Shown piece by piece: positions 1-8,790 of a stretch of DNA of 64,000 nt. The translations under genes were made by a program, and so were the position numbers. Position 1 is the first letter of the stretch; the number at the start of each line of letters is the position of its first letter. Origin of the DNA: Pseudomonadales bacterium. Lineage in GTDB: Bacteria; Pseudomonadota; Gammaproteobacteria; Pseudomonadales; M0112. The stretch spans positions 13,167 through 77,166 of the forward strand of contig DATCSK010000028.1 of assembly GCA_036568505.1 (NCBI GenBank), given 5' to 3'. The notes under the pieces were generated by a model. It ran no database searches. It was not told the DNA's origin and saw only the letters and a list, made by a program, of their open reading frames with translations.

Positions 1-435
1 GCCGTCGAGGCTGGCGATCAATCGTTCGTGATCAATGGTGACGCGACCGAGCGACAGTTGTTGCGAGTTGGTTGTTGTGTGGCGGCGTTGCAGGGCGCGC
101 AGGCGGGCACACAGTTCGCCCAGGTCAAAGGGTTTGGTCAGAAAGTCATCGGCGCCGGTATCCAGGCCGGCAATTTTATCGTCGGCGGTGTCGCGTGCAG
201 TCAGAATCAATACCGGGCAAGTCAGGCCTTCTTTGCGCCAGTGTTTGAGCAGCGAGAGGCCATCTTCACCGGGCAGCCCCAAATCCAATACCATCATGGC
301 CGGGGCTTGTTCGCGTACCGCCAGACGAGCACGGCTGGCCGATTGGCACCAGCGGACGCTATAACCTTCGCGTGTCAGTGCGGTAGACAAACCGTCGCCG
401 AGCAGGCGGTCATCCTCAACCAGCAGCAAATCCAT
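1..435 (-). CDS. OmpR/PhoB-family response regulator, 5' portion (gene runs off the left edge)
   Basis: Absent from the ORF track because no stop lies in the window. Reverse translation from ATG 435-433 reads MDLLLVEDDRLLGDGLSTALTREGYSVRWCQSASRARLAVREQAPAMMVLDLGLPGEDGLSLLKHWRKEGLTCPVLILTARDTADDKIAGLDTGADDFLTKPFDLGELCARLRALQRRH... This shows the receiver acidic pocket (EDD), the phospho-acceptor D in MVLDLGLPG, T in LILTARD and K in TKPF, then the start of a winged-helix domain. AGGA lies 9 nt upstream. The + ORF 28..471 is its antisense shadow. Confidence 0.88.
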   Translation of the reverse strand, partial: MDLLLVEDDRLLGDGLSTALTREGYSVRWCQSASRARLAVREQAPAMMVLDLGLPGEDGLSLLKHWRKEGLTCPVLILTARDTADDKIAGLDTGADDFLTKPFDLGELCARLRALQRRHTTTNSQQLSLGRVTIDHERLIASLDG

Positions 436-448
436 TGCGGTGATTCCT

Positions 449-1219
449 TTACGGTCGTGCGTGACGTTTGATGATGGGCAATTGTTTTTTCAAACTGCCG
501 GCCACGATGTTCGGCAACAATGCGTTCATGCGCACAAACAGTTTTTCGGGCCAGCCGATGTAGGTGCAGGCAGCGCCCGAGGTCAGTGCGTCAACAATAA
601 TAGCCGCCACCGCTTCGGGAGAATCGGCTTGGCTGCCCAGTTCGGCATTGAGGGCGCGCACTGCCGCACTGTTGATATCCGTATCCGTTGCCCTTGGCGC
701 AATGTATTGCACGCGAATGGCAGTGTCGGCCAGCTCGCGGGCCAGTGCCTCGGTAAAGCCGCGCAATCCGAATTTGCTGGCGCAATACGCGGCATAACCC
801 GGGTAACCAATGCTGCCCAATGTGGAGCCTATATTGATAATGCATGCTTCAGGCAGTGCTTTGAATGCGGGTAACAAGGCTTGTGTTAATAAAATGGGCG
901 CGAGCAAATTGGTGGTGATTTGTGATTCGATGGCGTTGCAATCATCCAGCAAGCCAAAATGACTGATGCCGGCATTGTTGATCACGGTATTCACGCCTTT
1001 GTCGCGAGCCATGCGGGCAATGCGGGCACGATCTTCTGCATGCGTGATGTCGGCGGTGATGTATTCGGCCTGAGTGCCCAAGGCAGCGGCGAGTGCTTGC
1101 AGTGCGGCTTCATGGCGTCCGTTGAGGATCACGCGATGCCCGGCAGCAATCAGTGCTTGCGCGGTTGATCGGCCAATGCCGCCGGTGGCACCGGTCAGCA
1201 AAACAGTGCGTGATGTCAT
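449..1219 (-). CDS. SDR-family oxidoreductase (fourth gene of the coupled cassette)
   Basis: 256 aa. Has the Rossmann motif TGATGGIGRST, NNAG, and the catalytic YxxxK (YCASK). Its start overlaps the upstream gene by ATGA (1216-1219). Its stop lies 13 nt before the response-regulator start. Confidence 0.85.
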   Translation of the reverse strand: MTSRTVLLTGATGGIGRSTAQALIAAGHRVILNGRHEAALQALAAALGTQAEYITADITHAEDRARIARMARDKGVNTVINNAGISHFGLLDDCNAIESQITTNLLAPILLTQALLPAFKALPEACIINIGSTLGSIGYPGYAAYCASKFGLRGFTEALARELADTAIRVQYIAPRATDTDINSAAVRALNAELGSQADSPEAVAAIIVDALTSGAACTYIGWPEKLFVRMNALLPNIVAGSLKKQLPIIKRHARP

Positions 1220-1902
1220 GCGGGTATTTCCTCGATGCGTTTTCCATCCAGTCCGCTGATGGGTAATGAGCGAAAAATATCGCCATATAAACGGTAAAAG
1301 ACTTTGGCACAGTGTACTACCAGCGCTTGTTCGGCGGGGTCGTCGATCTTGTCCATCAAGGATTCAAAAAATTGGATGTGGTCCTGGTCGAGATCGCCGT
1401 GCGAGAGTAAATAGCTGAAGGCTTTGTCAGGCAGGTTCAGTCCGCGCTGAATATTGCGTGCGGCCGTTGTGGCCGCTGTCACGCTGGTGCCTTCGAGCAC
1501 CTGCACCATGCCGAAAAAGCCGACCGGGTTGATGCGGGCAATGGTGTCATAGGCATAGCTCACCATCAGTTCGGTTTCGATGGCCGGTACGCCATGACGC
1601 ACGGCCTCGGCCTCGGCACCGCAGGCGGCAATGTCGTTCAGAATCCATTCTTCATGACCGGTTTCTTCTGCAATGTATTCGGCAATGGCCGCGCGTAGCC
1701 AGCCGTGGCGTTCGTCCATGCGTGCGCCGGCGGCCATCAGCAATGGCAGTGTGTGCTTCACGTGGTGGTAGGCCTGCGTGAGAAACGCGACATAGCTGTC
1801 CAGTGAAATCGGGCCGTGCGTGGCCGTGCGCACCAATGCGGTTTGCATCAGGCGAGCGCGCTCAGAGCGGGTTTGTTCTTGCAGTTGTTGATAAAAGCCC
1901 AT
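1216..1902 (-). CDS. heme-oxygenase-like / iron-containing redox enzyme family protein (TenA/PqqC/CADD-like helical fold), function unknown
   Basis: 228 aa and helical-looking. Carries carboxylate/His pairs typical of di-iron heme-oxygenase-like proteins (EETGHEEW, HGDLDQDH, LEGTS, YHHVKH). The family call is by eye only. Confidence 0.6.
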   Translation of the reverse strand: MGFYQQLQEQTRSERARLMQTALVRTATHGPISLDSYVAFLTQAYHHVKHTLPLLMAAGARMDERHGWLRAAIAEYIAEETGHEEWILNDIAACGAEAEAVRHGVPAIETELMVSYAYDTIARINPVGFFGMVQVLEGTSVTAATTAARNIQRGLNLPDKAFSYLLSHGDLDQDHIQFFESLMDKIDDPAEQALVVHCAKVFYRLYGDIFRSLPISGLDGKRIEEIPA

Positions 1903-1905
1903 GCC

Positions 1906-3384
1906 TTACCTCGTGTTCGCGGTGGTTTGGAATAGCTGTTCGATCTGTGTCCGGTAGCGGGATTCAATTGGCGCACGCCGCAAGCGACCGTTGGCGGTCA
2001 GGCAATGATTATCGACAGAAAAAGCGCGGTCGATCATGCACCAGTGCCGGATTTGCGCGTAATCCGGCAGGGTGGCGTTGGCGTTGGCAATGGCGGCCTC
2101 CACGCGGTGTTGGTCATCGGCGAGTATCAGGCTGCCGAGTGCGGGTTGACCGTGACCGGTGACAAAGCATTGGCGAATACCGGGTTGTGCCAGCAGCGCG
2201 GTCTCGACCCACTCGGGCGATACATTACGGCCAAAGGCGGTGACAATGCGGTTGGTTTTCCGGCCTTCGATGTGCAGAAAGCCGTCATTGTCCAGTCGGC
2301 CCAGATCGCCTGTCGCAAGGGGTTCGGTCAGTGGCGGTTGGCCGATATAGCCCAGACACGGATTGCCGGCGACACGGATCTCATCGTCCACAATACGGAC
2401 GCGAACGTGATCCAGGGGTTTGCCTATGCTGCCGGGTTGATCAATGCCCGGCGCATTTAAGCTCACGACCGAGCCGCACTCCGAGAGCCCGTACCCTTCG
2501 TAGACCGGATACCCCAAGCGGCGGGCTTCAAGCAGGGTGGCCACGGGTAAAGGGGCACCACCGACGGCCATAAAACGCAAGCCGGCAGGTGCGGGCAGGC
2601 GCAAGGCCGCCAGAGCGGTGAGCATATGCGGCAGCACAATCACGGTTTCAGCACGGCCGGTGGCCAATGCGCGGTAAAAGGCGTTGGCGTCAAAATAGCT
2701 GGAACCGCTCAGCCCGAGGTGTTCTGCAGGCCACAGGCTCACGGTGCCGTCGGCGAGCAGTGCGCGATACACGCCGCCCACATTCTCCAGTAACACCGCC
2801 AGTGGCAGTGCACATAAATGGCGGCCACCCGCGACGGTGCTCATGCGGCGGTTCAAGGCGTGCGCGGTACGCTCCAGGGCGGCCTGTGACAAGCACACGC
2901 CTTTGGGGTGGCCGGTGGAGCCGGAGGTGAACGTTATTTTGGCGGTGCCGGTGGGCATGGCGACGGGTTCGGTCTCCGGCCATTGCAATAAGGTCAGTGG
3001 CTGCGTGGCGGACAAGCCAGGCCAGCAATGCGGTGCGGCGTTGCCAAAGCGCTCGGGTTGATCGGTAATCACGCAACGGCAGCCGGCGGTGTCGAGAGCA
3101 TGTTGTATTTGATCGGGCGTAAAAAAAGCAGGCAACGGCAATGCCACGCGACCGCTTTTCAGGCAGGCCAGATCGGTAATGATCCAGTCGGCACTGTTGC
3201 GAATCAAAAAGCCGATCACTGCCGGTTGGTCTTTGAGTGCTTGCAGCGCGCGCGTGATGGCGCGATCCAGTGCGCGCCAGCTGAGCGCGTCTAAACCTTC
3301 AAGAGCGATGTCATCCGGGCAATGGCTGGCGCGCCGGCTGATGTGTTCAATGAGCGATGCGGTCATGGGCCGGTATGAATTCAT
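1906..3384 (-). CDS. AMP-dependent synthetase/ligase (ANL adenylating enzyme), substrate unknown
   Basis: 492 aa. ANL core motifs are present: TFTSGSTGHPKGV, EGYGLSE, TGDLGRLDNDGFLHIEGRKTNRI. Its 5' end overlaps the upstream gene by 38 nt. An alternative start is M7 at 3366. Confidence 0.85.
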   Translation of the reverse strand: MNSYRPMTASLIEHISRRASHCPDDIALEGLDALSWRALDRAITRALQALKDQPAVIGFLIRNSADWIITDLACLKSGRVALPLPAFFTPDQIQHALDTAGCRCVITDQPERFGNAAPHCWPGLSATQPLTLLQWPETEPVAMPTGTAKITFTSGSTGHPKGVCLSQAALERTAHALNRRMSTVAGGRHLCALPLAVLLENVGGVYRALLADGTVSLWPAEHLGLSGSSYFDANAFYRALATGRAETVIVLPHMLTALAALRLPAPAGLRFMAVGGAPLPVATLLEARRLGYPVYEGYGLSECGSVVSLNAPGIDQPGSIGKPLDHVRVRIVDDEIRVAGNPCLGYIGQPPLTEPLATGDLGRLDNDGFLHIEGRKTNRIVTAFGRNVSPEWVETALLAQPGIRQCFVTGHGQPALGSLILADDQHRVEAAIANANATLPDYAQIRHWCMIDRAFSVDNHCLTANGRLRRAPIESRYRTQIEQLFQTTANTR

Positions 3385-4045
3385 GTGCGATCAGTGTTTG
3401 TGCAGCCGGTACGGCGCGGCCGAGTATCTCGGGGTAGTGTGCTGCCATGGCACGAATAATGTCATCGATGTTGCAGGCCATGATGATGCAGGTGCGGCTG
3501 TAATAGCTGCCCCATTGATGGGCCGCACGACCCAGGCGCGCGGGCACGGCCGCGCAAAGGGGTTTGAAGGGCATTTTCATCTCACGAAACAAGGCCCGTA
3601 CCGTGGGGTTGGCGGTGCAGGTGATGACCTCGACATCCGCGGCCTGCATCAGGCAGGCGAGCGCCACAAACAGTTCGCGCACGCAGTGGCGCACGGTGCC
3701 GGCCAGATTGCCGATTTCGGCGATGTGTTCGCGCGAGGCGCCTAAGCCCGGAATATGCGCCATGGCCGCTTCGATCGGCTCGTCCAGGTATTGCTCCAGA
3801 TACAGCGGCTCATGGCTCGCCAGCCGAAAACCGGCAGCCGCAGCAATGCGCTGGTCTTCATAGAGGCCGACCAGCCACGGCATGAAACTGTGCACGTCAG
3901 CGCCGTAGTGCTCGGCAAATTGCTGATGGATGTAGCGGGTGAGCATCGGACGCCCGGCATGATGGGTCGATAACAGATCCAGCCGGCAGGACGGTGCCGG
4001 GGTCGGCGTCAGCTCAATGGCGTTAAATTGGCCGCTGGACATCAT
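3347..4045 (-). CDS. thermostable-hemolysin-family protein (GNAT-like acyltransferase fold suspected)
   Basis: 232 aa. Its length and the EIGNLA-type motif (HIAEIGNLAG) resemble the proteins annotated as thermostable hemolysin (delta-VPH type) in Vibrio and Pseudomonas. GAGGAG lies 10 nt upstream of the ATG. The family call is from memory. Confidence 0.55.
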   Translation of the reverse strand: MMSSGQFNAIELTPTPAPSCRLDLLSTHHAGRPMLTRYIHQQFAEHYGADVHSFMPWLVGLYEDQRIAAAAGFRLASHEPLYLEQYLDEPIEAAMAHIPGLGASREHIAEIGNLAGTVRHCVRELFVALACLMQAADVEVITCTANPTVRALFREMKMPFKPLCAAVPARLGRAAHQWGSYYSRTCIIMACNIDDIIRAMAAHYPEILGRAVPAAQTLIAHEFIPAHDRIAH

Positions 4046-4137
4046 GGCAGAAACGCTCCTCGTGGCTTCTGTACCGAAGCGTAGGACAGTTTCCTTAAGC
4101 CAACGTTAACTCAAGCCAAGTATTAAAGAAAAAATAG

Positions 4138-4641
4138 CTATCGGTGATCGTAATCAATCCGCACCACCAGCCATTGCCGGGTGCCGCCTGGCGCCTCGAT
4201 GCTGATCTCGTCGTCGACCCGTTTGCCGATCAGCGCTCGGGCGAGGGGCGCGTCCATGCTGAGCAGGCCCTGACGCAAGTCAAACTCATCGGGGCCGACA
4301 ATGCGGTAGCGGGCCTCGTTGCCGTCGTCGTCTTCCAGCGTGACGTGGGCATTGAAGTAAATCCGGGTCGGGTCGCCGGGGGGATGATCCACGATGTTCA
4401 GTGCATCGAGCCGCTTTTGCAGGTAACGCACCCGGCTGTCGATTTCGCGCAGGCGTTTTTTGCCATAGATATAGTCGCCGTTCTCCGAGCGGTCGCCATT
4501 TTTGGCCGCCTCGTGCACGGCGGCGGTGACTTGCGGGCGCTCGATTTTCCACAGCCGATGCAGCTCTTCGCGCAGGCGGGCCTCTCCTTCGGGTGTGATA
4601 TACGGCGAACCTTTCTCGGCCGGCGGGCGCCAACGTCCCAT
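4138..4641 (-). CDS. greB: transcription elongation factor GreB
   Basis: 167 aa. GDRSENGDYIYGKKRLREIDSRVRYL closely parallels the E. coli GreB coiled-coil region, and a GreA/B C-terminal domain follows. Confidence 0.9.
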   Translation of the reverse strand: MGRWRPPAEKGSPYITPEGEARLREELHRLWKIERPQVTAAVHEAAKNGDRSENGDYIYGKKRLREIDSRVRYLQKRLDALNIVDHPPGDPTRIYFNAHVTLEDDDGNEARYRIVGPDEFDLRQGLLSMDAPLARALIGKRVDDEISIEAPGGTRQWLVVRIDYDHR

Positions 4642-4706
4642 AATGCTGCTATTCCATGTTGAAAAGCGGTATTTTAGTGCATTGGGACGAGCTTGCGGAG
4701 AATGGT

Positions 4707-5558
4707 ATGCGGCGTGCGTTGCTGTGCTGGATCGCGTTGTGGGTGGCCGGGCCTGCCTTGGCCGATGCGATCCGGCTGGAGGGGGTGTTCACGCAAGGCG
4801 GTATTTTGCGTGGCGTGGTGGAACCGGGCACGCAGTTATCACTGGATGGCGAGGCGGTGAGCGTCTCGTCAACCGGTCAATTCGTGATTGGTTTTGGCCG
4901 CGATGCAGCCCCTTCGGCGCATCTGCAGGCGGTGCTGCCCAATGGCTTGCAGATCGGTCAGGAAATTCGCATCCAGCCGCGGCAGTACGATATCCAGCGC
5001 GTCACCGGCGTGCCGGAATCGACCGTGAACCCGCCGGCGGCATTGATCGCGCGTATTGATCAGGAAGCGGCGTTGGTGGCGAAAGCGCGCGAGCAAGAAA
5101 CGGCCTTGACCGATTTTAGCGAGCCGTTCCGCTGGCCATTGATGGGCCCGGTAACGGGTGTGTTCGGTAGCCAGCGCGTTTATAATGGCGTGCCGAAAAG
5201 CCCGCATTACGGCGTGGACGTGGCAGCTCCCGTGGGGACGATCGTGGTGGCGCCAGCCGGCGGCGTGGTCACGCTGGTGCATGACGATATGTTTTACTCA
5301 GGCGGTACGCTGATCATTGATCATGGGCACGGTCTGACATCGACCTTTATTCATTTAAATCGCGTGCTGGTCCGTAATGGCCAGCGTGTCGAGCAAGGCG
5401 ATGAGATTGCTGAAGTCGGCGACAAGGGGCGAGCCAGCGGGCCGCATCTGGATTGGCGAATGAACTGGCGCGATCGCCGGGTCGATCCCGTGACACTGGT
5501 AGGCCCCATGCCTGCAAACAACGCGACAACACAGACAGGAACAGGCGATGCCGATTGA
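4707..5558 (+). CDS. M23-family peptidoglycan metalloendopeptidase (secreted)
   Basis: The signal peptide [19 protein letters not shown] begins at ATG 4707, while the track ORF starts at 4656. M23 motifs are [12 protein letters not shown] and [13 protein letters not shown]. Confidence 0.85.
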   Translation: MRRALLCWIALWVAGPALADAIRLEGVFTQGGILRGVVEPGTQLSLDGEAVSVSSTGQFVIGFGRDAAPSAHLQAVLPNGLQIGQEIRIQPRQYDIQRVTGVPESTVNPPAALIARIDQEAALVAKAREQETALTDFSEPFRWPLMGPVTGVFGSQRVYNGVPKSPHYGVDVAAPVGTIVVAPAGGVVTLVHDDMFYSGGTLIIDHGHGLTSTFIHLNRVLVRNGQRVEQGDEIAEVGDKGRASGPHLDWRMNWRDRRVDPVTLVGPMPANNATTQTGTGDAD

Positions 5559-5742
5559 TAAAAAATTACTGACGCTGCTGGTGTGCCCGGTGAGCAAAGC
5601 GCCCGTTGAATACGATGAGGCCAAGCAAGAATTGATTTGCCGTGCCAGTGGTTTGGCCTATCCGGTGCGTGACGGTATTCCGGTGATGCTCGAAAGCGAA
5701 GCGCGCACCTTGAGCGCTGACGAAATACTGGATAAGGCATAA
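5548..5742 (+). CDS. Trm112/YcaR-family small zinc-ribbon-like protein (UPF0434)
   Basis: 64 aa. [47 protein letters not shown] parallels E. coli YcaR. Confidence 0.8.
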   Translation: MPIDKKLLTLLVCPVSKAPVEYDEAKQELICRASGLAYPVRDGIPVMLESEARTLSADEILDKA

Positions 5743-5747
5743 ACCGG

Positions 5748-6092
5748 ATGAGCACTGTTTTTGCCAAGATTATTGCCGGCGATATTCCCGCAGAGTTTTT
5801 GCACGAAGACGAACACTGCGTGGTGATTCGTGACATCCAACCACAAGCGCCCGTGCATTTGTTGGTGATTCCGCGCAAGCCCATCGCGCAGTTGGCTGAG
5901 GCCGAGAGCGCCGATCAGGCATTGTTGGGGCATTTGTTGCTGGTGGCGCGCCAGATGGCGCACGCACACGGTATCGGTGATGCGTTTCGTACCGTGATTA
6001 ATAGCGGCGCAGGCGTGGGCCAAACCGTATTTCATTTACACGTGCATGTGCTCGGCGGCTATCGTGCTGCTGAAGACAGCCTGAATTCATAA
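5748..6092 (+). CDS. HIT-family (HinT-like) nucleotide hydrolase
   Basis: 114 aa with the histidine-triad motif HLHVHVLGG. Confidence 0.88.
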   Translation: MSTVFAKIIAGDIPAEFLHEDEHCVVIRDIQPQAPVHLLVIPRKPIAQLAEAESADQALLGHLLLVARQMAHAHGIGDAFRTVINSGAGVGQTVFHLHVHVLGGYRAAEDSLNS

Positions 6093-6113
6093 CCTCTTGC
6101 CGGCAGCCCTCTG

Positions 6114-8729
6114 ATGAAAAGCGCTGATATTCGCGAAGCCTTCCTGCGTTATTTTGAACAACACGGTCATGCCCGTGTACCCAGCAGCTCCTTGGTGCCG
6201 GGTAATGACCCGACCCTGCTGTTTACCAATGCGGGCATGGTGCAATTTAAAGATTGTTTCCTGGGTCGCGAAAAGCGTGCTTATGTGCGTGCCGTGAGTT
6301 CGCAGCGTTGCGTGCGAGCCGGCGGCAAGCACAACGACCTTGAAAACGTCGGTTACACCGCACGCCACCATACGTTTTTTGAAATGCTCGGCAACTTCAG
6401 CTTTGGTGATTATTTCAAACACGATGCGATTCGTTTTGCTTGGGAGTTTTTGACGTCCAAAGAATGGTTGGCGATTCCACAAGAAAAGCTTTGGGTGACG
6501 GTGTACGCCGACGATGACGAAGCCTATGCCATCTGGAAAGACGACATGGGCGTGCCGGCCGAGCGCATTGTGCGCATTGGTGATAACAAAGGTGCGAAGT
6601 ACGCGTCCGATAATTTCTGGGCGATGGGCGATACCGGTCCGTGTGGCCCGTGCACCGAAATTTTCTATGATCACGGTGCTGATGTTGCGGGTGGCCCGCC
6701 CGGCAGTCCGGACGAAGACGGTGATCGCTACATCGAAATCTGGAATAACGTATTCATGCAGTTTAATCGCACCGAAGACGGTGTAATGCATCCGCTGCCC
6801 AAGCCGTCGGTGGATACCGGCATGGGTTTGGAGCGTATTTCAGCCGTGATGCAGCACGTGCATTCGAATTATGAAATCGATTTGTTTACGCATTTATTGC
6901 AGGCCGCTGCCGATGCAGTGGGTTGTGAGAATCATAACCAGCCGTCGTTGCGTGTGATTGCCGATCATATCCGCTCGTGTGCGTTTTTGATTGTCGATGG
7001 CGTGCTGCCATCGAACGAAGGCCGTGGCTACGTATTGCGCCGCATCATTCGGCGTGCCATTCGACACGGTCACAAGCTGGGCGCCGAAGGCGAGTTTTTC
7101 CATCAGCTGGTGGTGGCTCTGGCGGCAGAAATGGGGGATGCGTATCCGGAGTTAAAAGCCCAGCAAGCCACGATCAGTAAGGTATTGCGGACTGAAGAAG
7201 AGCAATTTGCGCAAACCCTGGATCAGGGCATGCGTTTGCTTGAGCAAGCCATTGCGGATTTGAAAGGCCGGGAACTGGCGGGTGAAACAGCATTCCGCTT
7301 GTACGACACCTACGGATTTCCCGTTGACTTAACGGCCGATGTGGCACGCGAGCGTGGTTTGACCGTGGACATGGCCGGTTTTGAAGCGTGCATGAATGCG
7401 CAGCGTGAGCGTGCGCGCAGCGCCAGTCAGTTTGGCAGTGATTACGCGATTACCGTCGAGGGTAAAACCGACTTTACCGGCTATGACGAGCTGGATGGCA
7501 GTGCCGTCGTGCTGGCATTGTTTCGCGACGGTCAGCCCGTGGAGGCATTGGATGAGAACGAACCGGGCGTGATCGTGCTCGATAGCTCGCCGTTTTATGC
7601 CGAGTCCGGTGGTCAGGCCGGTGATAGTGGTTTGATCGGTAATGACCGCGTGCGTTTTGAAGTGCGTGATACCACCAAATCGGGTGACAGTTTTTTACAT
7701 CACGGCATATTGGCTCAAGGAGCGATTAAAAAAGGCGATCGTCTCAATGCTGCTGTTGCGGTCGATGTGCGTCAAGCAACGGCATTGAATCATTCGGCAA
7801 CGCATTTATTGCATGCGGCATTGCGTGAGGTACTGGGGGCGCACGTGGTGCAGAAAGGTTCGCTGGTTACCTCGGAGCGCCTGCGTTTTGATTTTGCGCA
7901 CTTTGAACCGGTGTCGGCAGAACAGTTGCAAGCGATTGAGCGTTTGGTCAATGAAGAAATTCGCGCCAACACGCCGGTTGAAACCGATGTCACCGACATG
8001 GAGTCCGCACGCAAAAAAGGCGCGATGGCGTTGTTCGGTGAAAAATACGGCGACCGTGTGCGCGTCTTGACGATGGGTAAGGGTTTTTCAGTGGAGTTGT
8101 GTGGTGGTACGCACGCCAAGCGAACCGGTGATATCGGCGTGATGCGTATCGTCTCCGAAGCCGGTGTTGCTGCCGGTGTGCGTCGTATTGAAGCGGTTAC
8201 CGGTGTGGGCGCACTCCATTGGTTGGATCAGCAAGCAGCGTGTTTGCACTCGGTTGAGCAATTGGTGCGCACCAGCCGCGATCAATTGGTGTCACGCGTC
8301 GAGCAATTGATCACCGGACAAAAAGCATTGGAGAAAGAGCTCGCCGCCCTGAAGAGTAAGTTGGCGGCAGCGGCCGGCGGTGATTTGGCGCAGCAAGCAG
8401 TATCCATCAATGGCGTGACCGTGTTGGCCGCAGCATTGCCGGGTGCCGATGTGCAAACGCTACGCACCACGCTGGATCAGTTGCGTGACAAGTTAGGCAG
8501 TGCGGTGGTGGTATTGGCTTCAGCCGAAGGCGGCAAGGCAACGCTGATTGCCGGTGTCACCGCCGATTTGGTGGCGCGCTTCAAGGCCGGTGATCTGATC
8601 CGTGAGCTCGCCGTGCAGGTGGGCGGCAAGGGCGGTGGCAGGCCCGATACGGCCCAAGGCGGCGGTTCGCAGCCCGAGAATATTCCTGCGGCATTGGAGT
8701 CGGTCGCAGCGTGGGTATCGGCGCGGTAA
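6114..8729 (+). CDS. alaS: alanine--tRNA ligase
   Basis: 871 aa with a typical AlaRS N-terminus ([30 protein letters not shown]) and the editing-domain HxxxH and C-terminal regions. Confidence 0.97.
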   Translation: MKSADIREAFLRYFEQHGHARVPSSSLVPGNDPTLLFTNAGMVQFKDCFLGREKRAYVRAVSSQRCVRAGGKHNDLENVGYTARHHTFFEMLGNFSFGDYFKHDAIRFAWEFLTSKEWLAIPQEKLWVTVYADDDEAYAIWKDDMGVPAERIVRIGDNKGAKYASDNFWAMGDTGPCGPCTEIFYDHGADVAGGPPGSPDEDGDRYIEIWNNVFMQFNRTEDGVMHPLPKPSVDTGMGLERISAVMQHVHSNYEIDLFTHLLQAAADAVGCENHNQPSLRVIADHIRSCAFLIVDGVLPSNEGRGYVLRRIIRRAIRHGHKLGAEGEFFHQLVVALAAEMGDAYPELKAQQATISKVLRTEEEQFAQTLDQGMRLLEQAIADLKGRELAGETAFRLYDTYGFPVDLTADVARERGLTVDMAGFEACMNAQRERARSASQFGSDYAITVEGKTDFTGYDELDGSAVVLALFRDGQPVEALDENEPGVIVLDSSPFYAESGGQAGDSGLIGNDRVRFEVRDTTKSGDSFLHHGILAQGAIKKGDRLNAAVAVDVRQATALNHSATHLLHAALREVLGAHVVQKGSLVTSERLRFDFAHFEPVSAEQLQAIERLVNEEIRANTPVETDVTDMESARKKGAMALFGEKYGDRVRVLTMGKGFSVELCGGTHAKRTGDIGVMRIVSEAGVAAGVRRIEAVTGVGALHWLDQQAACLHSVEQLVRTSRDQLVSRVEQLITGQKALEKELAALKSKLAAAAGGDLAQQAVSINGVTVLAAALPGADVQTLRTTLDQLRDKLGSAVVVLASAEGGKATLIAGVTADLVARFKAGDLIRELAVQVGGKGGGRPDTAQGGGSQPENIPAALESVAAWVSAR

Positions 8730-8790
8730 TGTATTCGGATGGCGTTTTAGTGTTTAATGAGCGGCCTTTTTTGAGGGAGTTTGGCGATTC

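Noticed and set aside
28-471. 147-aa + strand ORF (and nested 35..364) at the left edge
   Set aside because: It lies exactly antisense to a textbook response-regulator reading frame (1-435, minus). It has no recognisable motifs and is a high-G+C shadow ORF.
6087-6791. Long antisense ORFs inside core genes: 6087..6791, 10521..11303, 14357..15079, 16826..17575, 20265..20852, 24625..25500, 25491..26078, 33552..34388, 36890..37657, 38605..39270, 41497..42114, 46793..47476, 50675..51298
   Set aside because: All overlap, on the opposite strand, genes with strong motif support. Their products are low-complexity (R/A/G/H-rich) and unrecognisable. Long stop-free antisense frames are expected at this G+C content.
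8730-8790. Lysine riboswitch upstream of lysC
   Set aside because: The alaS-lysC spacer is only 61 nt, far too short for an L-box (about 180 nt), and shows no extended structure.
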